Shown here in pieces: positions 12,995 through 26,042 of a stretch of 61,354 nucleotides of DNA. The position numbers and the translations under genes were made by a program. Where the stretch lies: NCBI RefSeq assembly GCF_036365525.1, contig NC_090416.1, forward strand, positions 14,421,591 to 14,482,944. The letters are read 5' to 3'. Under the pieces are notes generated by a model. The model was not told the DNA's origin, made no database searches, and saw only the letters and a list, made by a program, of their open reading frames with translations. How positions within the stretch are numbered: the stretch's first letter is position 1; every line of letters starts with the position of its first letter. Origin of the DNA: Heterodontus francisci (taxonomy: Eukaryota).

Positions 12995-13205
12995 ATTTTG
13001 TCCTTATTTTTATGTTTCCATTGTAAAATCATATGTGCACATTTACAATAGACGCTACTGTGTAAACTTGGCATGCTGTAACTACATGTTCCTCCAATGG
13101 TGGCGCTTCAGTGCCTTCACTGGTCAGAGGGTAATTACAGCGTCACAAGTTTACACAGGTATTTTCCATTATAAATGTGGGCATACAAGTTTATAAGGAC
13201 AGAAT
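12995..13205. mobile_element. ~210-bp imperfect palindrome, MITE-like
   Basis: Ends ATTTTGTCCTTAT / ATAAGGACAGAAT; inner arms CTGTGTAAACTTG / CAAGTTTACACAG; partial copies at 57300-57375 and 58115-58215. Confidence 0.65.
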
Positions 13206-14780
13206 ATTCATGCATACACAAATAAAGCAATGGAGGTTTGCATTATTGAGCACTTATCCATCACCCACTGGAATGTAGCACGCAGATTTTAGTCGTGTGC
13301 AGCACAAGTAATCTTTAGATAAAGTGTAAAAGCACAGTAAAGCCCAAGTATGACTTTTCACTTTCTGCCACCCTTTCCCCTTCTCCCCTTCCCCCACACA
13401 TGATGCCAAGTCCTCTCCTGCATCACTTTTTGAAAGTATAAAATGCAATTTGGGCCAAGAATGGGAATGCAGCCAATGTAAAATCGCTGGTCGTTTCAGT
13501 GAGCCAGTTAAATGATTTGCAGACAAGGATGGGTAATGTTTTCCATACAACTGGAATGAAAAGCAACTCATACTCTCTGTCCTTAAAGCAGTGCCGCTTT
13601 CCTTCCTGCATTTTCCTACAGTCTTTTAAAACGCAGGCATGTCCGTCAGTTATTCGACCATGGAGGGTGACTAAGCCCAGTATTCCCTCCCTCACCACAC
13701 ACCTGCACATTCCCGCGTGATTTGCTGAGTAGCCCAGAAATGGGTCCCAAGCTGCTTTTATTTTTTTTTTCTCTCTTGCCCTTCTTTTGGAGGTCAAATT
13801 TATCCCCCCCCCCCCCCACAAGTTCTGTACCAGCAGAGATCACGAACTCGGTAGAGAATAAGAATTGAATCTGGTAACTTCCATTCATTATGGTTAGCTG
13901 TGACAGCAAGCAGTGCTGTTAGTTGTTCGGAGGTTAGGGGAGCCTACTAGGATGGTTTCTTTTAATGGTATATTCCTAGAGCCATAGAACATTCATGTGA
14001 ACTCAGCTACAGTATTGCAATCTTTACAAGCTAACCCCAGTCACTTTGAAAAGACCAGTTGTTGATGTGAATTTTCTCCCTCCCCTGTCCTCTTCTGAAG
14101 GCTTTTAGCTCCTGCTGGGGTTAAGGATCCGGAAATGCTGGAAGATGTTTGATTGCCTTGTCCAATTGCCATTCCTCCCATGTTAGTTGTGACATTTGAG
14201 TGTGGGAAACTATTCAGTTATGTGCAGAACATCGCACATGAATCCCATACAGTTCTTGCCCTACATCAGCACAAGTGCACTTTCCAGGGAAGTCAGGTAG
14301 GACTGCGTGGGTGCGGTTCATTGAATAGCTATTAGCAGTGGGAAACTTGGCATTTAATTTTTCCCTCCCAAGCCCAGAGACAAAAAGACTAAGTGTAGCA
14401 TTCCATCTCCCACCCCAGTTATCAGTTAACTCAAAACAGGCCGCCAGTCAAACCTGGGACCCTACTGAATTACATGGATCATTACAGCCCTCCCCCACCC
14501 CCACCCCGCCCTAAGCCATTGGGGAGCTGATAAGAATTTTTGAGTGTATAATTCTACTCAACCCTGCATACAAAATGTGCTGAAGGCTTGACTGAGACCA
14601 CAACTTTTTGTGGTTTATCTCTGATTGAACTATGCAACAGCTGTTAGTGGATGGTAACATTTTGAGCTTCATTTATTATCCTTGGTGGTACTTAGTGAAC
14701 AATGGGTTTTCATTCCCTCAGGCTCTTGCTGTTTAGTAACTGACTGTCCAGTTTATGTTTTTTCCCTTCCGCACGACCAG

Positions 14781-14888
14781 ATGTCCCTGGTGGATTTGGG
14801 GAAGAGGCTTTTAGAGGCGGCTCGAAAAGGACAGGACGATGAGGTTCGAACACTAATGGCAAATGGCGCACCCTTCACCACGGATTGG
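14781..14888 (+). CDS. GABPB2: GA-binding protein subunit beta-2, coding exon 1
   Basis: [36 protein letters not shown]; R9/K16/T24 match GABPB2 rather than GABPB1 as I recall the human sequences; cag|ATG acceptor, TGG|gtaagt donor. Confidence 0.95.
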
Positions 14889-16759
14889 GTAAGTTCACTT
14901 TGGGGGGATGGTGGGGGGAACGTTAAAAAAAAAAAAATTGTGGTGTTGCAATTGTTCAGGTTTTTAAAACGGGATACAAAAAACGTAAGTGTCTGTGTTC
15001 AGACAAGGTCCACCCACAGGAAGTGCCGAAAGAGAAAGTGGTGCCTTAAAACCTCAAACCACCACAATCTGGCTATGGACCAGTAGTACTGCAGTGCTCT
15101 GGGAGCACGTGGATAGCAGTGAGGGGGCTAGTTGTTAGGAAGGAGATCTGAATGCAGCAAGGAAGACGGGGATGTCAGGACCTTAAGAAATAAACTGAAT
15201 GAGTTAGAAGCGATGGTGAACAGGGAGCAGATAGATATCATAGGAGTTACTGAAAGCTGGTTAAAGGATGAGGATGGTCAGACAGCAAATCTATATGTGT
15301 GAGGAGGAAAGGAAAAGGTGGGGTGGCAGGAATGCGTTTCGGGACACTGCAGAAAGAGAGATGGATGGACTGGTGTGGGAGAGCAGGTAAGGCATCAGTT
15401 ATAATCACTGGGAGGGTTTATTCTTCATGACATAGATTGGGACTTAAACTGGGAACAGTCTGAGTTAATTGTGCTTCAAGAATCTCCTCTTAAAAAGTCT
15501 GAGGGGATCCACAAGCAGAAAGGCTATATTAGATTTGTTCCTATCTAACAATAAGCCAAGTTCAAGTAAGGGAATATTTGGGAGTCCAGTGATCAGAAAG
15601 TTATTAATTTTAAGGGTCAAATGAAGACAGAACAGATATCAAAACTATATCAAGAAATTGAATTTAAGGAGAGCAGACATTGAGTGGATAAAATGTTGTA
15701 CGCGAAGAATAAAATGGGAAGAATTGTATCAGGGAAGAGTGTGGAGGGCAAAGTAGAAGCACGCTAAGGAGTTTTTTTTTCTTTTTTGCAGAGACGGTTT
15801 ATCTCAGAAATATGTTGTGGGAGTAAACCCAAAATGGGTATGAAAGGGGAAGTCATGGAAGGCGTTGGGGAAAATAAAAGGCCGATTAAATCTTTAAAGT
15901 GCGTGGGGCGAAACTGAATAGAGAGAAACAGAAATGTTGATAGACGCAAAGGGGAAACACGGGAAATATAAAAGACACAGTTACATTCTTTAAGTAAATA
16001 CGGAGCAAGAGAAGTGTGCAGGAGGAAGTAGAACCATTTATTAGTGGCAATGATGAGGTGCTGTCCGAGGGCTTAACTCTGCTTTTTTAAAGTTGAAATC
16101 CCTGTAGCTGCTACGTTCTGTCAAGTCCACATCTAGGCAGTGGGCAGCATAGGTTGGGGACTGGTCTTGTATTCTTGCGATTCACCTTGCTACTGTTAAA
16201 AGTTCTCGGAAGACTTTATATTTTAAACCTCTTCAAATTGTGAGACAGCGAAGTGAGGGTGAAGGCCACTTTCAATTTAAGGACAGCCAACATGTCTGGA
16301 TTACGTTGTAGAAATTTCCAGACTGCTGATTTCCGAACTGTTGAACCCTAAGTGTTGGTTGAAGAGCTTAGATATAATCTTTCTCGATGGTACCACATGC
16401 CAACTTCACCCCCTCCATCCATAAAGATGAATGGCTGGTTTTAACTCTGTTATTGTGGGTGCAATAACTAAGTGTTAATCAGGCACATTTTCACACACAG
16501 GTAAAGGGGGAAAGAACTGGAGAGCAAGTAAACCAGGCATACCTCCTAGAGGGCATATATTAGGGTGGCAGAAGACTTTGTGTAGGTTGCCTGTCAAAGG
16601 GTGCAAAATAGGTGGGTAAGTAAAACTTCCAAAGATCTGGAAAGGTTGAGGGGCCCACAGTTGGCCTCGACACTCCTGGGGTAAGGAGGGGAAGATAATC
16701 CAACGGTTCCATTTCGGCTTTAAAATGCATACATGGACGTCAGAGTACCCTAGTCTAGT

Positions 16760-17035
16760 GTTTATGCTACTGGTTTAGCAACCCAGTGGTCATGAGTTCA
16801 CATCCTAACGTGAATTCATTAAATCTGCTGATTTGTGGACTGGCATCAGCTAAAATGACCGTGAAAGCTGGCAGGTTGTTGTAAGGCCCCAGCTGGTTCA
16901 ATGGCGTCCTGCAGGGAAGTGAACCTGCCCGGTCTGTTCAATATGTGACTCCAGTCCCACACTACATGCTTGACTCAATGCCTTTAGGACACATAGAGAT
17001 GGGACATAAATGTGGTCTTGTCAGCATTGTTCAAA
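16760..17035 (+). mobile_element. tRNA-headed SINE whose tail resembles the LINE end at 35110-35495
   Basis: B-box-like head GGTCATGAGTTCACATCC; tail GATGGGACATAAATGTGGTCTTG resembles GATGGGCAATAAATGCAGGCCT on the minus strand of 35120-35165. Confidence 0.5.
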
Positions 17036-17409
17036 TCCTAACCAGGGATACAGTTAGGTGAAGAGAGGGTCACGGTTTGCTGTGGTGCCCTCCATGGGTG
17101 ATCAGCCAATTGATGGTGACTGGCTCGGTTTATGCATGATGAATGGATTAGTTGGATGGTGTAGTTGTGAACTGCTTCCCAACGAGAGCTGACAGCAGAA
17201 GGGAGAAAAGTGGTCCTTTTTTAAGCTTGGAGTTTCTCATGTAGCAAAGTATTCTCATCGATCCATTCTAATAACTACTGTTTGAACCTAAGAAATAGGA
17301 GCAGAAGTAGGCCATTTTGCATTGAGGCATATGCCACCAGATTGCACCATTTATTTTTAGGTGCCTCTCACTGTGACAGAATTTGATGTATCATTCTCCT
17401 TTTCCCCAG

Positions 17410-17577
17410 CTCGGCACATCTCCTCTTCATCTTGCAGCCCAGTATGGCCATTACTCCACAGCAGAAGTCCTCCTCAGAGCTGGAGTTAGCCGGGATGCCC
17501 GAACCAAAGTCGACAGGACACCGCTACATATGGCAGCAGCTGAGGGCCACGCAAACATAGTGGAACTGTTGATCAGG
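17410..17577 (+). CDS. GABPB2: GABPB2 coding exon 2 (ankyrin repeats)
   Basis: [56 protein letters not shown]; AG/GT boundaries, phase 0. Confidence 0.96.
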
Positions 17578-18079
17578 GTAATCTCTCGGTATAAATCTGT
17601 TCATCGAGAGCCCCATCCTTGCTTTTAAAAAAAAACGACTACAGTGTTCTTCAACTAAAATCCAAAGCTGTTGGCATTGCACGACAGGTCAGTCGGCATC
17701 CGGAAGATCCAATTGCTCCTCCGCAGCTCCTGATTCTCAGCATTAAGTTTTCTTTCCCAGATCCAAAGTGGATGATCTCACACTCCCCCCGCACATTGAA
17801 CTCCATTTACTGAATATAATGGAGTCTTTGAAATGGAATCTAGCTTGGGTACGGCACTGTTTCAAACAAATGGATAGGTGAAGGGGTGGGGGGGGGTGCA
17901 GAGAATGGGATACAAAGTCAACACCAAAGCTGGAGGAAAATGGGCAGGTTGAAGTTTGGACAGAACCAGTTTCGTTCGATTGGGAAGTTTACGTAAGTAT
18001 CCCAAAGGAAGGAAGGGCTAGAAGGTCAACAAGTGAAAGATAAGAGAACAGATATGCTAAAGATAGTCACAAGGAAGCA

Positions 18080-19770
18080 ACATTGGGTTATACCCAGCAG
18101 TTTGGATTTTATCAAAGTACAGATGCATAAATCACTACAGGTAGTGACGCAGTTTCATAAGGCCAATAAAAGAAAGCAGACCAAGCTCTGGGGCTCATTT
18201 CTAGAGGGATGGATTTGTAAAGCAGAACAGTGATGTTAAATTTATGTAGAATTTTAGTTAGACCGCATTTGGATTTACTGTGAACAGTTTATTTCTCCAT
18301 ATAGTGAAAAAAGATTGAGGCACTGGAGTAGATGCAAAAAAAGATTTGCTAGAATCCTATCAGAACTGAAAGGTTAGGCCTATCAGGAAACATTGAATAG
18401 GTTGGGCCCTTTTCTCTTTATGTTAAAAAGACTGAGGAATGACTTAATTGAGGTTTTTAAAAACAGTGAAAGGGTGCAATAGGCTAGACATAGAGGAGAT
18501 GTTTTCATTTATGGGAGAGACCAGAATTAGGGGCCATCAATATTAGATAGTCACTAATAAATCCAATAAGAAATTCAGGACAAACTTCTACCCAGAGAGT
18601 GATGAGAATGTGGAACATGCTACTACAGGGAGTAGCTGAGGCAAATAGAGATACATTTACAGGAAAACACGTGGGGGAAAAAAGGAATAGAAGGATATGT
18701 TGATGGAGTTAAATGAAGCAGGATAGGTGGAGGCTCATGTGGAGCATAAACGCCAGCATGGACCTTTTGGGCCGAATGGCCTGTTCCTGTGCTGTGAATA
18801 CTATGTAATTTTGAAATGCAGAGAAGAGGCATAAAGGGAGATGATAAATATCTTATTGGTTAGATATGTGGAAAGGCAGGTGTGTCAGTTGACTTTGTAC
18901 CCAATCCTGCCCCCTGCCAGTGTCTGAAACTGTGTGCAGCGAGGTTCCATTTGAAAGACGCCATTTGTTGGGTGAAGTTCCAGCATGGACTCGATGGGCC
19001 AAATGGCCTCCTTTTGTGCCGTAAATGACTCTGGCTCCGAGTATGTTGTTATAGGTGAGAGAGTCGGAGCTGGGGAGGAGCAAATGGATTTAGGTGTCCA
19101 CGTGCACAAAACATGAAAAGCTAATGCATAAGTACAAAAGGTAATCAAAAAGGCTAATGAAAAGTTGCCTTTATCTCAAGGGGGTTGGAATTCAAAAGTG
19201 AGGAAGTGATATTTAAGTTGTACAGAGCCTTGGTCAGACACCATTTGAAGTACTGCGTTCAGTTTTGGGCACTGAATCTCAGGAAAAATTAATTGTTTGC
19301 AGCGCAGGTTCTCTATAATGATACCATGGCTTAAAGGATTGAGTTATGAGAACCGGTTCCATAAACTTGGTTTGTATTTCCCTTGAGTTTAGAAGGTTAC
19401 GGGTGATCTAATTGAGGTGTTTAAAATTATAGAGATTTGATGACATAGATACAGAGAAACTATTTCCTCTGATGGGGGGAATCCAGAATAAGAGGGCATA
19501 ATCTTAAAATTAGAGCCAGGCCTTTCAGGAGTGAAGTCAGGAAGCACTTTTTCCACACAAAAGATGGTGGAAATCTGGAGCACACTGCCTCAAAAGTCCG
19601 CGGATGCCGGGTGAATTAAAAAGACTGAGATGGATTTTTGTACAGTTAGGGTATTGAGAGATGTGGAACAAAGGCAGGTAAATGTAATTGAGATACAGAT
19701 CATCCATGATCTAATTGAATGGCAGAAGAGGCTCAAGGGGCTGAATGACTTCCTTCTGTCCCTCTGTCAC
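18080..19770 (+). mobile_element. Cluster of decayed CR1 3' fragments
   Basis: Two CR1 3' ends (about 18080-18810 and 19040-19770) separated by a unique segment and a short tail. Confidence 0.75.
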
Positions 19771-19870
19771 CCAGACATCACTCCAGTCTGTCTCAGAGAT
19801 GTGTGTGTGAATGCAGGCAGTCTCATTGATTTGCCACTGTAAAAATGCTGCCTTTTTTCCCCCAACACAG

Positions 19871-20065
19871 AACAATGCAGATATAAATGCTAAGGACATG
19901 CTGAAGATGACTGCCCTGCACTGGGCAGTGGAACACGATCACCGGGAGGTGGTGGAGATTTTGTTAAAATATGCAGCAGATGTTCACGCTTTGAGCAAAT
20001 TTGATAAAAACGCCTTTGACATCGCCCTTGACAAGCACAACCCTGAACTGGTGGCAATATTGCAG
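19871..20065 (+). CDS. GABPB2: GABPB2 coding exon 3 (ankyrin repeats)
   Basis: [65 protein letters not shown]; 195 nt, AG/GT. Confidence 0.96.
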
Positions 20066-21589
20066 GTACATAGAGAGATGTTTTAATGGCCCAGTTTTCA
20101 GTATGGTCGTGAGCAATGTGTCGATGTGTTATTTAGGAAAGAGTTGTTCTAGTTTATTGGAAGAGTTTGGAGAGCAAGAAGGTGTGCAGCACCCCAGCAA
20201 TGTAATTATTTGGTCAGAGCAGAGAAGAAGAACTTGCATTTTTGTAGTGCCTTTCACATCCTCAAGACGCTTGGGAGCGCTTCATAAGGTTTGGAGAGCA
20301 TCCAAAACGGACTTAAACACCAGTCATTGCTGTGCAAGGGTAGCAGTTGGAGCAGTATAATAACCTTACTGCCCCTAGAAAATCAGCCACAGATTTTGTT
20401 TCTAATATGCTATCTAACTGAGCTAGGAAATGATATTGACTGAGGACAGCTTTGATACTCTCGTGGACAAGTTAACCTGGTCACACTCACTGATTAACAT
20501 ACTCAGGAAGAACGGATGAGGTACTTTAAGTAATGATGGGGGGAGCTGTTTCTGCCCACAGAGTATTCTATAAAGGGTCAGGTCCTACAGGAAAAAAGGG
20601 AAAAAACTGGGCAGAAAACTGGAGGGGAGATAAATGGCTACTTGAAATGTGAGTATAGTCTTCAATGGTGAATTCTTTATACTAGATATCATTCTAAACT
20701 TAATAACAAATTGCTCTTGGTGTTGCCCCTGGCCAGTTGGTGAACATGCTTTTACATATGTATTACACACCCAAGATGGTGACAGAGACTTCTGCAACTC
20801 ATTCCACCTAGTGGACCAAGCCCACAACTAAATTGTGACAGGCAGTTGTTTACATACAAGATTTCTTTTTGAAGCTTTTTCATAGGCAGGCAGTGCCATT
20901 GTTAAATGTCGACTTAAAAGTGTGACCAGAAATTTTGACAACAGGAAGTTGGACAAGAAATGTGTGCATTTTCAAAATTTTTAATAGTATATTTGAGTGG
21001 GTGGAGCGAGGTGGGGGCAGGGTTTGTGGATTCTGGACAGTGCCCACTTTTTGTTCCACATCCTTTAATGTAGTGACTTCCCGCTGGATAAATAATTGAG
21101 ATGTAACTTGCTGTAAGTTTATGCATTGGCTGTCGCAGTGCAACTTTGATTTATCAGCCATCCCATCATACACATTCTTGCTTATCCATCAGAACGCTGG
21201 CGGGAAACCAATCTGTCAGAATTCATTTAAAAGTAAACTTATTTCAAATGAATCTGGGAGGTTGCATTAGAAGGTTTAAGGGCTTTCCGTTATCCATCAG
21301 GAGCCTCTCCGCAGCACCAGCTAACTGAGATGTTACTCTAGTTCTCAGTAAGTGTATTTCCAAAATAACTCCAAGTGAATTCTGTGGCCTCGCATTTCTT
21401 CAGTTATTATAACTGTTGAGGTGCAATGTCTTAGCATCTGCAGCCCAGCTGTGCGCTCACTAACGTCACCATCCAGATTTCTGTGTCAAGCCAGTAACCT
21501 TCGGTAAGTCTATTAATAACCATATGGTTTTAATGAAATATTACCCTGAGAGTGCATTTCAACACTAAAGCATCTCAGAGTTCAGTTGT

Positions 21590-22745
21590 CTCAAATGATT
21601 CTACCTATCAAGAAAGATTGAACAGGCTTGGGTCTCTTTTCTCTAGAAAAGAGAAGACTGAGGGGCAACCTGATAGAGATCTTTAAGATTATGAAGGGCT
21701 TCGATCAGGTCGATGTAGAGAAGATGTTTCCACTTGGGGAGAATTAGGGGCCATAAATATAAGATAGTCACTAATAAATCCAACAGGGAATTCAGGAGAA
21801 ACCTTTTTTACCCAGAGGGTGGTGAGAATGTGGAACTTGCTACCACATGGTGAGTTTGAAGTGAATAGCAGAAATGCATTTAAGGGGAAGCTAGATAAGC
21901 ACGTGAGGGAGGAATAGAAGGATATGCTGATAGGGTTAGATGAGGAGGCTCGTGAAGCGTAAACCAGAATAGAGCAGTTGGGCCAAATGGACTGTTTCTG
22001 TGCTGTAAATACTATGTGATACTTTGTATTAGAAGCTTTGCTTTAGCTGTGGAGGAGGCTGTGCCAGCTGTCTATAGAGTAATCCAAAAAAAATTCCCCT
22101 CAATCTACTTTATTCTAAGGAAAGCTACACTCATCCCTGGAACCATTCTGGTAAATCTCCTCTGCACCCTCTCAAGGGCCCTCATATTCTCCCTAAAATG
22201 TGGTGACCAGAACTGGACGCAATACTCTAGTTGTGGCCTGACCAGAGCTTTACAAAGGTTCAGCATAACTTCTCTGCTTTTGTACTTAATAACTCTATTT
22301 ATGAAGCACAAGATACCACGTGCTTTTCTAACTGTTTTCTCTATGTCCTGCCAGCTTCAAAGATCTATGCACGTGAGCCCTGTAGGTCCCTCTGTCCCTG
22401 CACACTCTTTAAAATTGTGCCATTAAACTTAAACCTTCTGTCAAAATGCATCACCTCACATTTCTCTGTATTAAACTCCATCTGCCACTTGTCTGCCCAT
22501 GCTGTCAGCCTATCCTCCAGTCTGAAAAGCAGCCATTTACCATGACTTGCTATTTTCTGTCATTAAGCCGTTTTTTTTTTAATCCGAGCTACCACTCACC
22601 ATGAGCCTTTCTTTTGTTAACCAGCCTTTTATGTGGTAGTTTGTCAGACACTTTAAAATCCATATAGACAACATCCATTTTATTCCCTTGATCAACCTTC
22701 TCTTACTTCATCAAAAAAAATTAATTAGATTAGTCAAGCGCGATC
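21590..22745. mobile_element. Two CR1 fragments in opposite orientation
   Basis: + strand 3' end at 21590-22015; minus-strand fragment 22110-22745 encodes [37 protein letters not shown]. Confidence 0.8.
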
Positions 22746-23186
22746 TGTGCTCGTCAAGGTGAAGGATGTTGGTCCCTAGAATGGATACTTCCCATGACAG
22801 TGTCCAGCATTTCCAGGAGCTAGGCATGTTACAGTACAGGGGAAAGCTATCTCTGATCTGGTATTGTGGAAGTTCTCAAATGTACCAAAGGAACTACTTC
22901 ATTAGACCTACCCTATGATATGCTGTAACTCTAAATCTCAGAAGAGCATCCCCCACTGCATCAGTGTAAACTTCTTTTAAATTTCCCACGTTTCCTGGCC
23001 TCTGTGTGATTTGTCCGTGGGTTGCTGTTTTTGACATTGAAGCACCGCGCGCTGCAGCTTCGTAATGTGCTATTCGTTACCTGAATCCTGTATTTCTAGC
23101 ATGTCATTCTGCAACCATGAAGGTATTAACCCTGTGAGCACTCAGCAGGGAACCCCTGTAAATGATTCACCTTGTGTCCTTTACAG

Positions 23187-23328
23187 GAAGCCATGCAGAA
23201 TCAAGTGAACACGAATCCAGAGAGGACGAATTCGGTCGCTGTCGCCACACCACAGTTCATCATTGCACCTGCAGGGGTAATGAACCTAACGGGGCTGGTT
23301 TCTTCAGCGTCTACCAAAACAAGCTCAG
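23187..23328 (+). CDS. GABPB2: GABPB2 coding exon 4
   Basis: [47 protein letters not shown](G); ttacag acceptor, phase-1 donor. Confidence 0.92.
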
Positions 23329-25928
23329 GTGTGTATAGGACAAGTTGTGGGTTTTTCTCAAAAGGGCTAATAAAAGAAAGGTGCTGACACTAAGTTCTGT
23401 GCGGGGCAATCAGAGGTTATTAGCAGTGGGTGGACGGCTTTTGTAACCTTTTTCTTAATGATTATTACAACTTGGTGGCTCTGTTGTGTGATACTGAGTC
23501 TTAACAGTCCAGGATGTGCTGAGTTAACCAGTCTCAGCTTTGACAGTGGTAGTGGTACTTGGTGCTCCTTGCCAGGTTGAGAAATATCAGGGTTCCTGCT
23601 GGGGGCTAACCTCACCAACATCCTTCCTGTTCCACTCACCCCGTCCACTAATGCCCCCTTGGACTTTGCCAGTGGATCCATTCTCACCCCGTCTCTCTCT
23701 GCGTCTCTCTCTGCATTTGCCTCCAGATTGTCTGTTCATTTTCAAAAATTGGCCTTGCCATCTATGGCCTTATTGCATTGATATTCTGCCTTTGACTGAA
23801 ACTCGTGCATGGCAACATTTTACCCAATACCAAAGCCAGTCCACCTGGTTATGCATTCTACCAGCTGACCCACTCAGATTGCCATGGCAGTTGTGCAGCC
23901 CTCATCACCGTCAAACTTGACCTCCCTGCTACTGAAAGGTTTGGCTGTGATGCTGTCCGACACTGTCAGTACATCAAATGACCATTCTTTGCATGTGAAG
24001 CTGCAGTGAGCATTGACAGACTTGCTGGAGTGCGATTGGGCAACAATGGCTGAGCCCAGTCCCACCCAAACACAGTGGCTTTCCAATACGAATCAGTCAG
24101 TGTTTTTATTTGAATTCTCATCCTTCCATTCTCACTGCCACAGATACTGCGCCAATTGGAACATCTTCATTGCTACCCAGGATGAGATCATCTAACTGGG
24201 CAGAGATGAAGGAGCCTGAGACCCTCCTGCTCTTACTCTGTACACCATTGTAATGTACCAGTGAGGGAGGGAAGGAGGAGTCTTGGTATGCCATAACCAA
24301 GTGGGCAGCAACGATTCCTTTAATTGGGAGTGTTTGCATTCTTGTCACTTGTGGCAATTATTTTTCTGTTTCCTAGAACATCATTGTAAAGACCTGAGAG
24401 TATTTATAGGATGAAAGAACAACATCTGCTTATTTATACTGATTCCAATCAAGGTGTTTTCCACTGAAAAATGGTCTTGATTTCCAAGGATTTTTGTTGT
24501 CCTGTGTAGTAGTGTTATTTGAGTCAGTATAAAATCGTGACCTGGTTATGAATTGTAATGGAGAATTTGTGAGTGTGTGTGAAAGTGTGTGTCCATGTTG
24601 GTGTTCGGAGAGATTTCAGAAAGCTCCCCCAATGGTTGAGGTCAAATCACTGTCTGTGAGCCACCTAAACCAGCAAGTTCTCAGAAATAAAAACAGAAAA
24701 CGCTGGAAAATACTCAGCAGGTCAGGCAGCATCTGTGGAGAGAGAAAAACCGAGTTAACGTTTCAGTACTGGTCAGCGAACTTCAGGTGAGGTGGCCCTG
24801 GGTTAGGAAAGGGAAAATAAACCAGGGTTCAAGCCCTTTGCTGGTGTTGGTTATGTCTGCTGGATTATGGGAAATAACTGCACAATACAATACAGATTCC
24901 ATGGATTTTTTTTTTTTGCTTATTATTTCACAAGGTTTTTTGGGGGGAGGGGAGAGAGTACACTTAGCAGTGCAGATAAATAACTTAGAGTGTCTTATTG
25001 TATCTCAAAGTGCTACTCACGATGGATTGCTTTTGGAGTACAGTGTTTCACATTAGGTAGATAGAAACTGTGCTAAAGCAACCCTCGATAGTTTCAAAAC
25101 GGTATTGCCAGTGGAGGCAAAGTATACCAGTCAACTCTGTGTTGTGTAGGCTCCTGTTTTTAAAAAAAAACTTCTCCCACTCCCCTCCTTGTGAAGGGTG
25201 CCAACTCTTGCTGGCATAGGGTTTCAGGGGTGCCTCATCTAAGTAGCTATTCCTCGAATGGAAGCCTACATAGGTGTCATTGAACTACTTGGCCATGGGG
25301 GGCATCACAGCTTAACCTGACATACCGGTGTGGGCTTTGGGAGTGGGGTGTGGGGGTGGCAGGGGGGGGTGCGGGGGCAAGAGCAAGAGTGGGATAATGC
25401 ACAGGGATCTAGAGTAATAATTTGGGCTGCATTTTTTAAAAAAACATAACTCCCATCCCTTGGCCTCGAGTTTTACAACCAATTATTCCGTCCCAACTGC
25501 TACTGTACGAGCTCAGTTCAGACCCAGGATTAAACCTGTAGCCTTCCATGGCTGTGTGGCTCAGTACCACGCTTGTTTAAAGAAAAATTATCCTGAAGAA
25601 CATATGGATCCTGAAATACATCCGTTTCAGAATCTGGAAAGAAAGTCTGTCCCCAGAGTTGGAAATGACTGTCATTGAATAGTCATTAGTGACTTTTTAA
25701 AAATAATCTGTTTACCGTGATGTAATTTTGAAACACACGGCAAAAATCGACAGTCAAATGAGCCTGTCCAACGCCCTACCCTGTATTAGTAACGCAGCAT
25801 TGTGTACGCGTCACGCATTGTTAAAATGCGTACCTGCCTTTTTTTGATCCAAATTTCCTTGATTTCCATCCTTGGATGCTCGCGTCTATTTCTTTGGTGC
25901 TGAGTCTAACCCCTCGTTGCCTCTGCAG

Positions 25929-26042
25929 GTGAATCTGGTGTATCCACAGTGCAGTTTTGTAACTCCACAACCTCAGTACTGACTACGTTGGCTGCTTTAG
26001 CTGAAGCCTCAGGGCCACTATCAAATTCACCCAGAACTGCAG
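25929..26042 (+). CDS. GABPB2: GABPB2 coding exon 5 (not in the ORF track)
   Basis: (G)[37 protein letters not shown]; 114 nt, phase 1/1, ctgcag acceptor, gtaatt donor; contains the GABP-beta TLAALAEAS motif. Confidence 0.93.

Noticed and set aside
15017-15025. CAGGAAGTG ETS motif near coding exon 1 (GABP autoregulation?)
   Set aside because: A single short motif outside any CpG island; expected by chance.
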